DNA from: an uncultured Solirubrobacteraceae bacterium
GTDB lineage: Bacteria > Actinomycetota > Thermoleophilia > Solirubrobacterales > Solirubrobacteraceae
Reading direction: 5' to 3'
DNA length: 64,000 bases
NCBI GenBank assembly: GCA_964588985.1
Contig: CAZPQW010000007.1
Coordinates: 1 to 64,000, forward strand
Below are positions 35,061 to 44,261 of this stretch, piece by piece. Position numbers and translations under genes: made by a program. How positions within the stretch are numbered: position 1 is the stretch's first letter; every line of letters begins with the position of its first letter. The notes beneath the pieces were generated by a model that was not told where the DNA came from, did not search any database, and saw only the letters and a program-made list of their open reading frames with translations.

Positions 35061-35468
35061 TCAGCCGACTTCCGCCGAGCGATCCCGAACGTGACCGAGC
35101 GCCAGCTCGAGTGTGGGGAAGATCGCAAACACGCCGTCCATGCCTGAGAGCTCGAAGATTTTCGACACGGCGTCGCCGCCGCAGACGATCGCCAGCCGCG
35201 CGTCCGAAGCCAGGCTCCGGTTGACGCCGACGAGCACCCCGAGTGCGGTCGAATCCATGAAGCTCGCTCGCGAGAGGTCCACCACGAAACGGGTGCGACC
35301 GGCGGCGAGCGCGTCGACGAGGGTCCACTTCAGGCGCGGCGCCGTCGCGAGATCGAGCTCTCCCTCGATCGCCATCACACTGCAGTGCTCGTCGAGATCG
35401 CGCTGCGCGATCGAGAACGGCACGATGGAAGGCGGCGTGAGGCTGGACGTGTCGAGTCGGCTGAGCAT
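35061..35468 (-). CDS. STAS-domain anti-sigma factor antagonist
   Basis: IEGELDLATAPRL...VVDLSRASFMDSTALGVL...IFELSGM; phospho-Ser motif DS present; AGGAG RBS. Confidence 0.92.
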   Translation of the reverse strand: MLSRLDTSSLTPPSIVPFSIAQRDLDEHCSVMAIEGELDLATAPRLKWTLVDALAAGRTRFVVDLSRASFMDSTALGVLVGVNRSLASDARLAIVCGGDAVSKIFELSGMDGVFAIFPTLELALGHVRDRSAEVG

Positions 35469-35598
35469 CGAGGGGCTCCTAACGTTGCGCGCTGAGGGAT
35501 GCGCTAAGTCCGCAATCTGCACTTCGGCCGAATGCGGACGGACGGAAACCGACACGGCGGATGATCGAACGAGCGTCCACGAGTACGATGCGTCCCGG

Positions 35599-36669
35599 AT
35601 GGGTGCGCTGGGACCGTTGATCCACGATGACAGCCCACGCGCCGCCCGAGCTTGGCGTCGCGTGCGCGGTGTGGCCGCAGTTGCGGTCGCGCTCGTGCTC
35701 GTCACGGCGCTCTCCCCTGTGCTGCTCCTCGTCGCGGCGCTCGTCGACCTTGCGCTGTGGCTACGAGCCCGCAAGCCGTGGATGGCGGTGCGGCTGATCG
35801 CGATGATGTGGTGGTTTCTCGTGGGCGAGACCTGGGCGCTGCTGGGACTGCTGGCGATCTGGGTGGCCTCGCGGGGTCGCGACAGCGCCCGCCGGCGCGA
35901 CCGCGTGTATCGCATCAAGCGGCTCTGGCTGCGCAGTCATCTCGCCGGGATCCGCGCCCTGTTCGGCCTGCGCTTCGAGATCGAGGGGCTCGAGCTCGCC
36001 GGCCCCGGCCCCGTGATCGTGCTGATCCGCCACGCGAGCATCATCGACAACGCGCTTCCCGACGCGATCCTCGGCCACGCCCACGGTCTCGGCTTCCGCT
36101 TCATCATCAAGCGCGAGCTGCAGATGCTCCCCACGATCGACGTCGGCGGGCGCTGGGTGCCGACGCTGTTCGTGCGTCGCGGATCGGGCGACACCGAGAC
36201 CGAGCTCGAGCGGATGCGCGCGCTCACCGTCGACATGTCGGCCGGCGACGGCCTGCTGATCTATCCCGAGGGCACCCGCTCCACGCCGGAGAAGCTCGCG
36301 CGCGCGAAGGCGATCATCGCCGAGCGCCAGCCCGAGATCGCGCCGCTGGCAGAGGGGCTGCGGAACCTGCTACCGCCACGGCTTGGCGGCACCCTGCTGC
36401 TGCTCGAATCGGCGCGCGACGCGGATGTGGTCATCTTCGGCCACGTCGGCCTGGACGGCTTCGAGTACGTCAGCGACATCTGGTCGGGCGGCCTGGTGGG
36501 CACGACCGTCCACCTGAAGTTCTGGCGGTTCCCGGCCGCGGAGGTGCCGAGCGATCGCGAGGAGCTGATCGCGTGGCTGTATGAGCGCTGGCAGGAGCTC
36601 GACGACTGGGTTGGCGAGATGCGCTCGCTGAGCCCCGCCGCCGAGCCTGCCCTGTCGTCCTCTACTTGA
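35599..36669 (+). CDS. PlsC-family (1-acylglycerol-3-phosphate) acyltransferase
   Basis: HASIID (HX4D), FVRRG, IYPEGTR, N-terminal TM helices. Confidence 0.87.
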   Translation: MGALGPLIHDDSPRAARAWRRVRGVAAVAVALVLVTALSPVLLLVAALVDLALWLRARKPWMAVRLIAMMWWFLVGETWALLGLLAIWVASRGRDSARRRDRVYRIKRLWLRSHLAGIRALFGLRFEIEGLELAGPGPVIVLIRHASIIDNALPDAILGHAHGLGFRFIIKRELQMLPTIDVGGRWVPTLFVRRGSGDTETELERMRALTVDMSAGDGLLIYPEGTRSTPEKLARAKAIIAERQPEIAPLAEGLRNLLPPRLGGTLLLLESARDADVVIFGHVGLDGFEYVSDIWSGGLVGTTVHLKFWRFPAAEVPSDREELIAWLYERWQELDDWVGEMRSLSPAAEPALSSST

Positions 36670-37855
36670 GGCGTTCCACCAACATCGCCATGCCCATGCC
36701 GCCGGCGACGCACATCGACTCGATGCCGAACGTACCGTCCTTGGCCTCGAGGCCGTTGAGCAGCGTGGTCATGATGCGCGCGCCGGTCATCCCGAACGGG
36801 TGACCGAGGGCGATCGCCCCGCCGAACGGGTTGAGCTTCTCCTCGTCGATGCCGAGCTTTTCCTTGCACGGCACGATCTGCGCGGCGAACGCCTCGTTGA
36901 TCTCGACGATGTCGATGTCGCTCATCGCCATGCCCGTGTTCTTCAGCAGCTGCTCGATCGCGGGGATCGGGCCGACGCCCATCACCTCGGGGCGGATCGC
37001 CACGACCGTCGAGGCGACGATGCGCGCTTTGGGAGCGATGCCGAGCTCCTTGGCGCGTTCCTCTGAGGTCACGAGCAGCGCGGCGGCGCCGTCGTTCAAC
37101 GGACACGCGTTACCAGCCGTCACGGTGCCGTCAGGCCTGAACGCGGGCTTCAGCGCGGCGAGCTTCTCGAGCGTCGTGCCCGCACGCGGGCCGTCGTCCT
37201 TGGTGACGACCTGCTCGGGCACGTCGATCTCGTTGCCTTCGCGGTCCTTGTCCTTGTGCGCGGGGGCGGTGACGGGCACGATCTCCTTGTCGAAGTGGCC
37301 CGACTCCTGAGACGCGACCGCGCGGTTCTGGGAGATCACGGCCCATTCGTCCTGGGCCTCACGGCTGACGCCGTACTCGTCCGCGACGTTCTCCGCGGTC
37401 AGGCCCATGGGGATGTACACGTTGTAGAGCGAGCCCTCGGAGCCGTCGAGCTGTTTGTGGAATTCCCACGGGGCGCCCTGGTTCGCGCGCGAGACCGCCT
37501 CGATGCCGGCGGCGATGTAGGTGTCTCCCTCGCCGGCCTTGATCGCGTGGAAGGCCATCCTCGTGGTCTGCAGCGAGGACGCGCAGAAGCGGTTGACGGT
37601 CGTGCCCGGGACGTGGAAGTCGATGCCCGCGAGCAGCGCCGCGTTGCGGCCGATGTTGTAGCCCGACTCGCCCTCGGCGAAGCCGCAGCCCATCATCACG
37701 TCCACGATCGAGCTCGACTCCAGCTGCGGGTTGCGCTCCAGCAGCGCTTTCAGCGGGATGGCCGCGAGGTCGTCGGCGCGAACCGATTTGAGCGACCCCT
37801 TGACGGCCCGCCCGATGGGCGTGCGGATGGCGTCGACGATCACAGCTTCAGGCAT
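36662..37855 (-). CDS. fadA: Acetyl-CoA C-acyltransferase (thiolase)
   Basis: NRFCASSL, NEAFA, GGAIALGHPFG, MCVAGGMG. Confidence 0.93.
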   Translation of the reverse strand: MPEAVIVDAIRTPIGRAVKGSLKSVRADDLAAIPLKALLERNPQLESSSIVDVMMGCGFAEGESGYNIGRNAALLAGIDFHVPGTTVNRFCASSLQTTRMAFHAIKAGEGDTYIAAGIEAVSRANQGAPWEFHKQLDGSEGSLYNVYIPMGLTAENVADEYGVSREAQDEWAVISQNRAVASQESGHFDKEIVPVTAPAHKDKDREGNEIDVPEQVVTKDDGPRAGTTLEKLAALKPAFRPDGTVTAGNACPLNDGAAALLVTSEERAKELGIAPKARIVASTVVAIRPEVMGVGPIPAIEQLLKNTGMAMSDIDIVEINEAFAAQIVPCKEKLGIDEEKLNPFGGAIALGHPFGMTGARIMTTLLNGLEAKDGTFGIESMCVAGGMGMAMLVERLK

Positions 37856-37939
37856 GTGGGACTCTCTCCTTGGTTGTTTGGCCCCCGCGGCGAGCCGCCG
37901 GCGGGTGGCGGGAGGTGGGCAATCCTACGGGATCGACGG

Positions 37940-38995
37940 TCAGTCGAGGCTGTCGTAACCCCAGAGGGTCACCAGGTCGCGGCCCAGATACTCGCTCAGC
38001 GCCACCACCTCTCCCTTGGAGCGCCGACGCAGCTCGACCATGAACTTCTCGTCCGGTTCGTTCGGAGCGCGGTAGGCCACGCGGCGCCACTGCGTCTTGA
38101 ATGCGGTGCTGCCGGCCAGCTTGGACGTGAGCGCGTTCACGGTGCGCCCCAGCGGGCCGGCCGCGTCCGGATTGGTGCGCGCGGTGCGGGCCGCGTTGGC
38201 GAGGTGGTGCAGCTGTGGCGAGCGGATCGCCTTCACCGGTTTCGTGTCCAGCGTGTCGAGCTCGACGGTGTCGTCCACGTCGAGGAAGCGCAGCACCCTG
38301 CGCAGCGTCTCCTCGTTGTCGCGCCGGTAGTCGTCGTAGATCAGCGTCAGCACGTTCTCCGCTCCGAACACGTCGTGGTAGCGGCGCAGCTGCTCGGCGT
38401 AGCGCACGTGCTCGGAGTACAGAAGCGCGTCAGGGTGATGGCTTCGACGCGGAATCCGCTTGCCTTCGCGCCTGGCCTGCTCGAGCCCGATCGCCTTCTG
38501 GAAGTCGCGCTCGTCCTCCACGTTGCTGGAGACCATCTGCAGGTGGAACGAGCGCAGGAAGCTCGCCGGCTCGCGCAGGATCGCGATGATGCGCGCGTCG
38601 GGCTGCACCTCGGCGATGCCGCGGGGCGCGTCGAGTGAGCGAATGTACTGCGGCGAGGCCTCACCCACGAGCTCGTCGGCGTCCGCGCCCGCGAACAGCG
38701 AGAGATAGCCGTCGAGCGTGTGCTGCGGCTTCGGCGTCGCCTTGCCCACCTCGAAGCGGGAGCGCAGATCGGTGTTGAAGTACCGCGGCTCCTTGACGTC
38801 GCACATGAAGATCTGCGGATGCTCTTTGAGCATGTAGTAGAGCGCCGTGGTGCCGCACTTGGCGTGGCCGACGATGAAGAAGTCAGGCACGCGTTTGCCC
38901 GACACGTACGTCGCGGACCCCTTCTCCCGCACCGGCACCGCCCCCTCGACAGCACCGGTTGAGCTGTCGGACTCGCCCCGTTCTGACACTGTCAT
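37940..38995 (-). CDS. PAPS-dependent sulfotransferase
   Basis: 5'-PSB PDFFIVGHAKCGTTAL, KEPRYF, GEASPQY, 3'-PB ILREPASFLRS. Confidence 0.9.
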   Translation of the reverse strand: MTVSERGESDSSTGAVEGAVPVREKGSATYVSGKRVPDFFIVGHAKCGTTALYYMLKEHPQIFMCDVKEPRYFNTDLRSRFEVGKATPKPQHTLDGYLSLFAGADADELVGEASPQYIRSLDAPRGIAEVQPDARIIAILREPASFLRSFHLQMVSSNVEDERDFQKAIGLEQARREGKRIPRRSHHPDALLYSEHVRYAEQLRRYHDVFGAENVLTLIYDDYRRDNEETLRRVLRFLDVDDTVELDTLDTKPVKAIRSPQLHHLANAARTARTNPDAAGPLGRTVNALTSKLAGSTAFKTQWRRVAYRAPNEPDEKFMVELRRRSKGEVVALSEYLGRDLVTLWGYDSLD

Positions 38996-39048
38996 CCCCC
39001 GAAAGTATAGGGCCGAACGCCGCTGGTCGGAACGCTTTTACGAGTGCG

Positions 39049-39699
39049 TCACAGGTCCAGGCGACTGACGCCCAGCTCGTCGAAGCCAACGTGGTGGGCG
39101 AGCTCGTGGCGCACGGTGCGCGTGACCTGGTCACGCAGCAGATCGGGGTCGTGGCCGAAGTCGCGGCGCAGCGTGTCGCGGAAGATCACGATGCGGTCGT
39201 GCGTGTTGTCCCGCGTCGCCCCGTCGCCCTGGTAAAGGCCGTAGGCGCCTGCGCGCCGTCCACCGTTCGAGATCACCACCGCCACGTGCGAGAGCGCGTT
39301 GCGCAGCAGGTCCGGCAGATCGTCGAGCGCATCGCGGACGAGCTCTTCGAAGTCGGAGTCGTCGAGCGGGTCGAGCTCCATGAAGTCGCTTTCTTCGGGG
39401 TCCACCGCGAGCCCTTCGCGCGCGAGATGCTCCGATTGGCGGACGATCTCTTCGAACTCCGCCTCGGACTCGGGGTCGCGCCAGTTGGCCATGCGCACCG
39501 CCACGAACGCGACGCTGCCCATCAGCGCCGCCGCCACGATCACGCCGAGCGCGATGTCCTCGAGCGCCCTGACCACGCCGATCGAGCTGAAGCCCTGTGC
39601 GACCACCAGCGTCACCAGCCCCAGCGACATCGCGATCGCCGAGGCGAACGCGACACGGCGGATGTGGCTCGAGGGTCCGGGAGGCTGGGGCTCGCGCAT
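39049..39699 (-). CDS. Zincin-like metallopeptidase (DUF1025) with two N-terminal TM helices
   Basis: ALDDLP, YGLYQG, DRIVIFR, TVRHELAHHVG (HExxH). Confidence 0.85.
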   Translation of the reverse strand: MREPQPPGPSSHIRRVAFASAIAMSLGLVTLVVAQGFSSIGVVRALEDIALGVIVAAALMGSVAFVAVRMANWRDPESEAEFEEIVRQSEHLAREGLAVDPEESDFMELDPLDDSDFEELVRDALDDLPDLLRNALSHVAVVISNGGRRAGAYGLYQGDGATRDNTHDRIVIFRDTLRRDFGHDPDLLRDQVTRTVRHELAHHVGFDELGVSRLDL

Positions 39700-39716
39700 C
39701 GCCGGCCTGTGGAGTC

Positions 39717-40862
39717 CTACTTCAACGTGCGGGCGATCACGAGACGCTGGATCTCGTTCGTGCCCTCGTAGATCTGTGTGATCTTCGCGTCTCGCATCAT
39801 TCGCTCCACCGGGTACTCCTTGACGTAACCGTAGCCGCCGAGCACCTGGACCGCCTCGACAGTCACCGCCATCGCCGTGTCCGAGCAGTACACCTTGGCC
39901 ATCGATGAGTACTTTCCGCGCAGTGGATGGCCCTGATCGGCCATCGCGCACGCCTTGTACAGCAGCTCCCGCGCGGCGGCCGTCTGTGTTTCCATATCGG
40001 CCAGCTTGAACTGGATTCCCTGGAACTCGTTGATCGCCTTGCCGAACTGACGGCGCTCGCGCGCGTACGCCACCGCGTAGTCGGTCGCGCCCTGGGCGAT
40101 GCCCACAGCCTGCGCGGCGGCGCCGAGGCGCGTGCGCTCGAGCGTGCCGAGCGCGACGGACAGGCCCTTGCCGACCTCGCCGATCATGTTCTCCTGCGGC
40201 ACGCGCACCTCGTCGAAGATCGGCTGGCCGGTGGGCGAGGCGCGGATGCCGAGCTTGTGCTCGAGCTTGCCCACGCTGAAGCCCGGGCGGTCGGCCTCCA
40301 CCACGAACGCGCTCAACCGTCGGGTCTCGCGGTCGGTGACGGCGAACACGATGTAGAAGTCCGCCACGCCGAGATTGGAGATCCAGTTCTTGGTGCCGTT
40401 GATCACCCACTCATCGCCGTCCCTGACCGCCGTCGTCTTCATCCCGGCGGGATCGGAGCCCGCCTCGGGCTCGGAGAGGGCGAACGCGGGGCTCCACTCG
40501 CCGGTGGCGCACTTCGGCAGGAAGCGCTCCTTCAGCTCGTCGCTGCCGAACAGCTGGATCGGCAGCGTGCCGAGCTCCTGCACCATCAGGATCAGCGCGC
40601 ACGCCGCGTCGACCTTCGCGATCTCCTCGACCGCCATGTTCAGCATCAGCGTGCCCGTGCCCATCCCGCCGTACTCGGTCGGGAACGGCAGGCCGAGGAT
40701 GTCCTGCTCGGCCAGCAGCTTGCGCACATCCCAGGGGTACTCCGCGTTCTCGTCGATCTCGCTCGACCGCGGCGCGATCTTCTCGCGCGCGATCTGCCCG
40801 ATCGTGGCGCAGAAGTCGAGGTGCTCCTGGGGGATCGTGTAGACGTCGCTCACAGCCTGCAT
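39717..40862 (-). CDS. Acyl-CoA dehydrogenase
   Basis: FALSEPEAGSD, NGTKNWISN, RRQFGK, GGYGY, IYEGTNEIQR. Confidence 0.95.
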   Translation of the reverse strand: MQAVSDVYTIPQEHLDFCATIGQIAREKIAPRSSEIDENAEYPWDVRKLLAEQDILGLPFPTEYGGMGTGTLMLNMAVEEIAKVDAACALILMVQELGTLPIQLFGSDELKERFLPKCATGEWSPAFALSEPEAGSDPAGMKTTAVRDGDEWVINGTKNWISNLGVADFYIVFAVTDRETRRLSAFVVEADRPGFSVGKLEHKLGIRASPTGQPIFDEVRVPQENMIGEVGKGLSVALGTLERTRLGAAAQAVGIAQGATDYAVAYARERRQFGKAINEFQGIQFKLADMETQTAAARELLYKACAMADQGHPLRGKYSSMAKVYCSDTAMAVTVEAVQVLGGYGYVKEYPVERMMRDAKITQIYEGTNEIQRLVIARTLK

Positions 40863-40929
40863 TGGCGTGATCCTAGTGATGCGGGGTTCGCGACGCGCCG
40901 TTGTGCTCGGCGCATGGCGCCGGCCGACC

Positions 40930-40955
40930 GTTTGAGTCCCTACTCCCGTGGGTAA
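40930..40955 (+). promoter_or_regulatory. Putative SigB/SigF-type stress promoter
   Basis: GTTT-N16-GGGTAA ending 10 nt before ATG 40966. Confidence 0.6.
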
Positions 40956-40965
40956 TCAACCCGAC

Positions 40966-41202
40966 ATGCCCCTTGGAACCTCGATATTTCTCGTCGCAGT
41001 AGGCGCGATCCTGCGCTACGCGGTCACCGCCACTGTCTCTGGGATCTCACTCCCCACGATCGGCGTGATCCTCATGATCGTCGGAGTCGCGGGACTCGTG
41101 CTCGCGATCCTCTACATGCTTGCGTGGAGCCCCCGCCGCGGCCAGGTGGTCAGCGAGCGAGTGGTCGAACGCGATCCCTACCGGGAACCGCCCGTCCTCT
41201 AA
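40966..41202 (+). CDS. Small two-TM membrane protein (DUF6458-like)
   Basis: LGTSIFLVAVGAILRYAV...IGVILMIVGVAGL. Confidence 0.8.
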   Translation: MPLGTSIFLVAVGAILRYAVTATVSGISLPTIGVILMIVGVAGLVLAILYMLAWSPRRGQVVSERVVERDPYREPPVL

Positions 41203-41228
41203 GGCCCACCGCTACGCTGATGCTCGAG

Positions 41229-41588
41229 ATGAGCGACGGCGAGCAGGCACAGGACGAGATCGACGTCGACCCCGAGCGGGTCGCCGACTGGCTGGAGCAG
41301 GACCCGAGCCTGCAGGTGATCGACGTGCGCGAGCCCTACGAGCGCGAGGCCGGTCACATCGCCGGCACGCGGCACATCCAGCTCGTCAACCTCACCGGCG
41401 AGGCGAGCACCGTCGCGCGCGAGCATCCCGTCGTCTTCTACTGCCGAGTCGGCGCGCGCTCGCAGATGGCCGCGCAGGCGTTCCGCGCGGCTGGCTACGA
41501 CGCCTACACGATGGCCGGCGGGCTGAAGCGGTGGGCCGAGCAGGGGCTGCCGCTGGAGCCGAAGGGCGGCAGCGTCGCGGCGCACTGA
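41229..41588 (+). CDS. Rhodanese-like domain protein
   Basis: VIDVREPYE..AGHIAG, YCRVGARS, MAGGLKRW; alternative ATG 41220. Confidence 0.9.
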   Translation: MSDGEQAQDEIDVDPERVADWLEQDPSLQVIDVREPYEREAGHIAGTRHIQLVNLTGEASTVAREHPVVFYCRVGARSQMAAQAFRAAGYDAYTMAGGLKRWAEQGLPLEPKGGSVAAH

Positions 41589-41597
41589 GGTGTCAAC

Positions 41598-42782
41598 CTA
41601 AAGCAGTTGCGGTTCCAGCTCGGCACGCGCCATCTCAAAAGGATCGACCGTCGAACGCGCCGGCCGCGTTTCGCGCACTTTCACCCTCAGGTCGACCACC
41701 ACAGCCATAGGTAGGTAGTAGCGACCACGGCCTTGCCCAACGGCCTCGAGGAGCTTGGCGTCGACTATCGCCTTCAGGTCTCGGCTCGCTGTGAGGTCGG
41801 ATATCTCCTCGCCGAGGGTTTCGTCGACCAACCTCCTGTACGTGGCGTTACGTAGCCGAATGCCGTAGGCGGCGTCATAGAGCGCTACAGCTGCGCGCTC
41901 GGGGAGGCCGTTCTCGGCCGCAAGCTTGGAAGCCGACACCCACAATCCCTCCGCCTCCTCGATGCGCCTAAGGTGGGTCATCGCCTGGTGGTAATGCGCG
42001 GTGAGGCAGAACCGAATCCAGAGTTCGGTGCTGCCAGAGGGGTTCCAGGAACCCCTCCCGACCTCAGCCAGAACGTCGTAGTACGCCTGCGTATTACGAC
42101 CGAGATACTCCTCGATGCTGGAGAACACGGGCGCAACGATCTGCTCTCGCGCGAGAACCAGTGTTTGCAACGCTCTCGCCATACGCCCGTTGCCGTCGCG
42201 GTATGGATGAACCATCACGAGATTGAGGTGGGCGACGGCAGCACGAACCAGAACGGGAGCTCGGCTCTCCTCGAGCTCTTTGATCGTGGAATCGATCAAT
42301 GCGGGAATACGGTCTGCGTCCGGGCCTTCGTAGACGATCTGGCCGGTCTCGTCGTTGCGGACGTAGATGTCCCCGGGCCGCCAGCGACCTGGGCTCTTGC
42401 TCAGGTCGTGCTTGATCATCATGAAGTGGAGCGCCTTGAGCAGACCTTCATCGACCTCTGGCGCCGTCTCGTCTTGGGCGACCTGCAGAACGTACGTCAT
42501 CGCATCTCGATAGCCAGCGAGCGCGAGTCGCGTCTCCTCGTCCGCATCGAGCGTGGGCTCATCGTCAACAGCCGCGAGGACGTCATCGAGGCTCGCGTTG
42601 TAGCCCTCAATGCTGTTGGAGCCCTGAACTGCACGGGCGAATGCCATGCGTCTGAGGCTCCCAGACCAACGCTTCGGCTCGGCCACGCGAAAGCGAAGCT
42701 GCTGCCTGGCCTCGTCGATGAGGGCCAGGACACGCATCTCAAGGGGCCCGCACTCGGGGGTTTTGAAGACCGACTCGGCCAT
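41598..42782 (-). CDS. Fic family protein (Fic domain + C-terminal wHTH)
   Basis: HPYRDGNGRMAR catalytic motif, SNSIEG N-terminal inhibitory-type motif, TASRDLKAIV...GRGRYY wHTH; GC and codon use differ from neighbours. Confidence 0.93.
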   Translation of the reverse strand: MAESVFKTPECGPLEMRVLALIDEARQQLRFRVAEPKRWSGSLRRMAFARAVQGSNSIEGYNASLDDVLAAVDDEPTLDADEETRLALAGYRDAMTYVLQVAQDETAPEVDEGLLKALHFMMIKHDLSKSPGRWRPGDIYVRNDETGQIVYEGPDADRIPALIDSTIKELEESRAPVLVRAAVAHLNLVMVHPYRDGNGRMARALQTLVLAREQIVAPVFSSIEEYLGRNTQAYYDVLAEVGRGSWNPSGSTELWIRFCLTAHYHQAMTHLRRIEEAEGLWVSASKLAAENGLPERAAVALYDAAYGIRLRNATYRRLVDETLGEEISDLTASRDLKAIVDAKLLEAVGQGRGRYYLPMAVVVDLRVKVRETRPARSTVDPFEMARAELEPQLL

Positions 42783-42801
42783 GATAGGTTCAATCTATCA
42801 T
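42781..42801. promoter_or_regulatory. Near-perfect 21-bp palindrome over the fic promoter/start (putative autoregulatory operator)
   Basis: ATGATAG-GTTCAAT-CTATCAT; contains a minus-strand TAGATT -10-like hexamer. Confidence 0.6.
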
Positions 42802-42827
42802 TCCATCATGCAGCTCCTCGCTCCTTC

Positions 42828-44246
42828 CTACTGCACCAGATGCGAGTTTTCGCGGTAGTGCTCGATCCCGATCGGCGACCCGAATGGGTTGAAGTGCACG
42901 GCCTTCAGCAGCGGAGTCACCTCGGGGCCAAACGCGAGCAGGATGTACACGCCGACGGCGAGTAGGCAGACCGTCAGCCGCCGGCGCTCGGCGAGGGCGG
43001 CGAACGGGAGGATCCACGCGATGTACCAGGGCGCGAACCAGCTGGTCGTCATCCACACCACGAACAGGCTCGCGCCGGCCAGCGCGATCCAGTCCCTGCC
43101 GGGCCGGCTCGCGGAGACCGCGGCATAGAGCACGAACCCGCCCGCGAGCACGGTCAGGACGGTGCGCAGCGTGTCCGTCTCGCCGCCCTGCCCGAGCGCC
43201 CACCCGAGCAGGTTCGCGGGACCGATGCCCGTGACGAGCTTGGTCTGCGGGCCAACACCGGGTACGTGCAGGCCAAACGCCACCAGGCTCGCCAACCCCA
43301 GCGTCGCGATCGCGATCGCGAATCCGGTCACGAACGCGCGCCGCCGCGGAGCGATCGCGAAGGCGATCGGAATCGCCACGGCGGCCGAGGCCTTCACACC
43401 GGCGGCCGCGACGAACGCGCCGGCCGCGAGACACTCCCGGGCAATGCGGGCGCGCAGCAGCGGCAGCCGGACACTCGGGGAGCCGGCGCGCGCTCGGATC
43501 AGCAGATGAACGCCGAGCACCAGCGGCAGAACCATCAGCACGTCGTTGTGGTCCGCGCCGATCCCCCACACGAGCACGATCGGATTCAGACCGACAAGCA
43601 GTAGCGCGCGGACGGGATCGCGGCCGAGGATCTGCGCGGAGCGCCACACGAGCGCCAGGACGGAGAGGCTCGCAAGGAGGAGGATCGCCTTCAGCGTCCA
43701 AAAGGCGCCCGCCACGCCGAGCGGCACGAGCAGATACGTCAAAAGGGTGAAGATCGGCCCGTAAGGGGACACCAGCCAGTGCCAGTTGCTGAGCGTGAAA
43801 GTCGCGTCGTTCTGCGGCTCGAGCATCGGCACCGTGGTGTAGGGGTTGAGGTGGTGCACGACCCCCATGCGCCCGTAGTTGATGTAGTTGAACACGTCGG
43901 TGTACTGCAGCGGCGGAGCGAGCAGGAACGCGAGGTGAATCGCGAGGATCGCGCCGATCACCCAGCGCAAACGGAGCTTCCCGGAGAGCGCGACGGCCGT
44001 CACGTACGCGAGGTACATCGTGCCGAGGAACACCGTCACCCATGTGTGCACGGCGTGTTCGCCAAGCGCCCGCCCCGGCCACAGGCCCCTCAGCGGCCCT
44101 GCCATCCACGCGGGGAAGTACAGCGCGTTGCTCGTGGGCACCATGAAGGTCGGGTGAGCGGCCGTCAGCGCAACCAGCATCACGCCCGGCACGACCAGGC
44201 CGAGCAGCGCAACAGCAGCGAGAACCCCGAGCAGTTTTCGATACAC
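42828..44246 (-). CDS. GT-C membrane glycosyltransferase, MptA/MptB (GT87)-like, paralog 1
   Basis: Polytopic; PPLQYTDVFNYINYGRM, NPY, SPYGP, GLNPIV, HND. Confidence 0.8.
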   Translation of the reverse strand: MYRKLLGVLAAVALLGLVVPGVMLVALTAAHPTFMVPTSNALYFPAWMAGPLRGLWPGRALGEHAVHTWVTVFLGTMYLAYVTAVALSGKLRLRWVIGAILAIHLAFLLAPPLQYTDVFNYINYGRMGVVHHLNPYTTVPMLEPQNDATFTLSNWHWLVSPYGPIFTLLTYLLVPLGVAGAFWTLKAILLLASLSVLALVWRSAQILGRDPVRALLLVGLNPIVLVWGIGADHNDVLMVLPLVLGVHLLIRARAGSPSVRLPLLRARIARECLAAGAFVAAAGVKASAAVAIPIAFAIAPRRRAFVTGFAIAIATLGLASLVAFGLHVPGVGPQTKLVTGIGPANLLGWALGQGGETDTLRTVLTVLAGGFVLYAAVSASRPGRDWIALAGASLFVVWMTTSWFAPWYIAWILPFAALAERRRLTVCLLAVGVYILLAFGPEVTPLLKAVHFNPFGSPIGIEHYRENSHLVQ

Positions 44247-44261
44247 GCGTCGAAGAACCCG

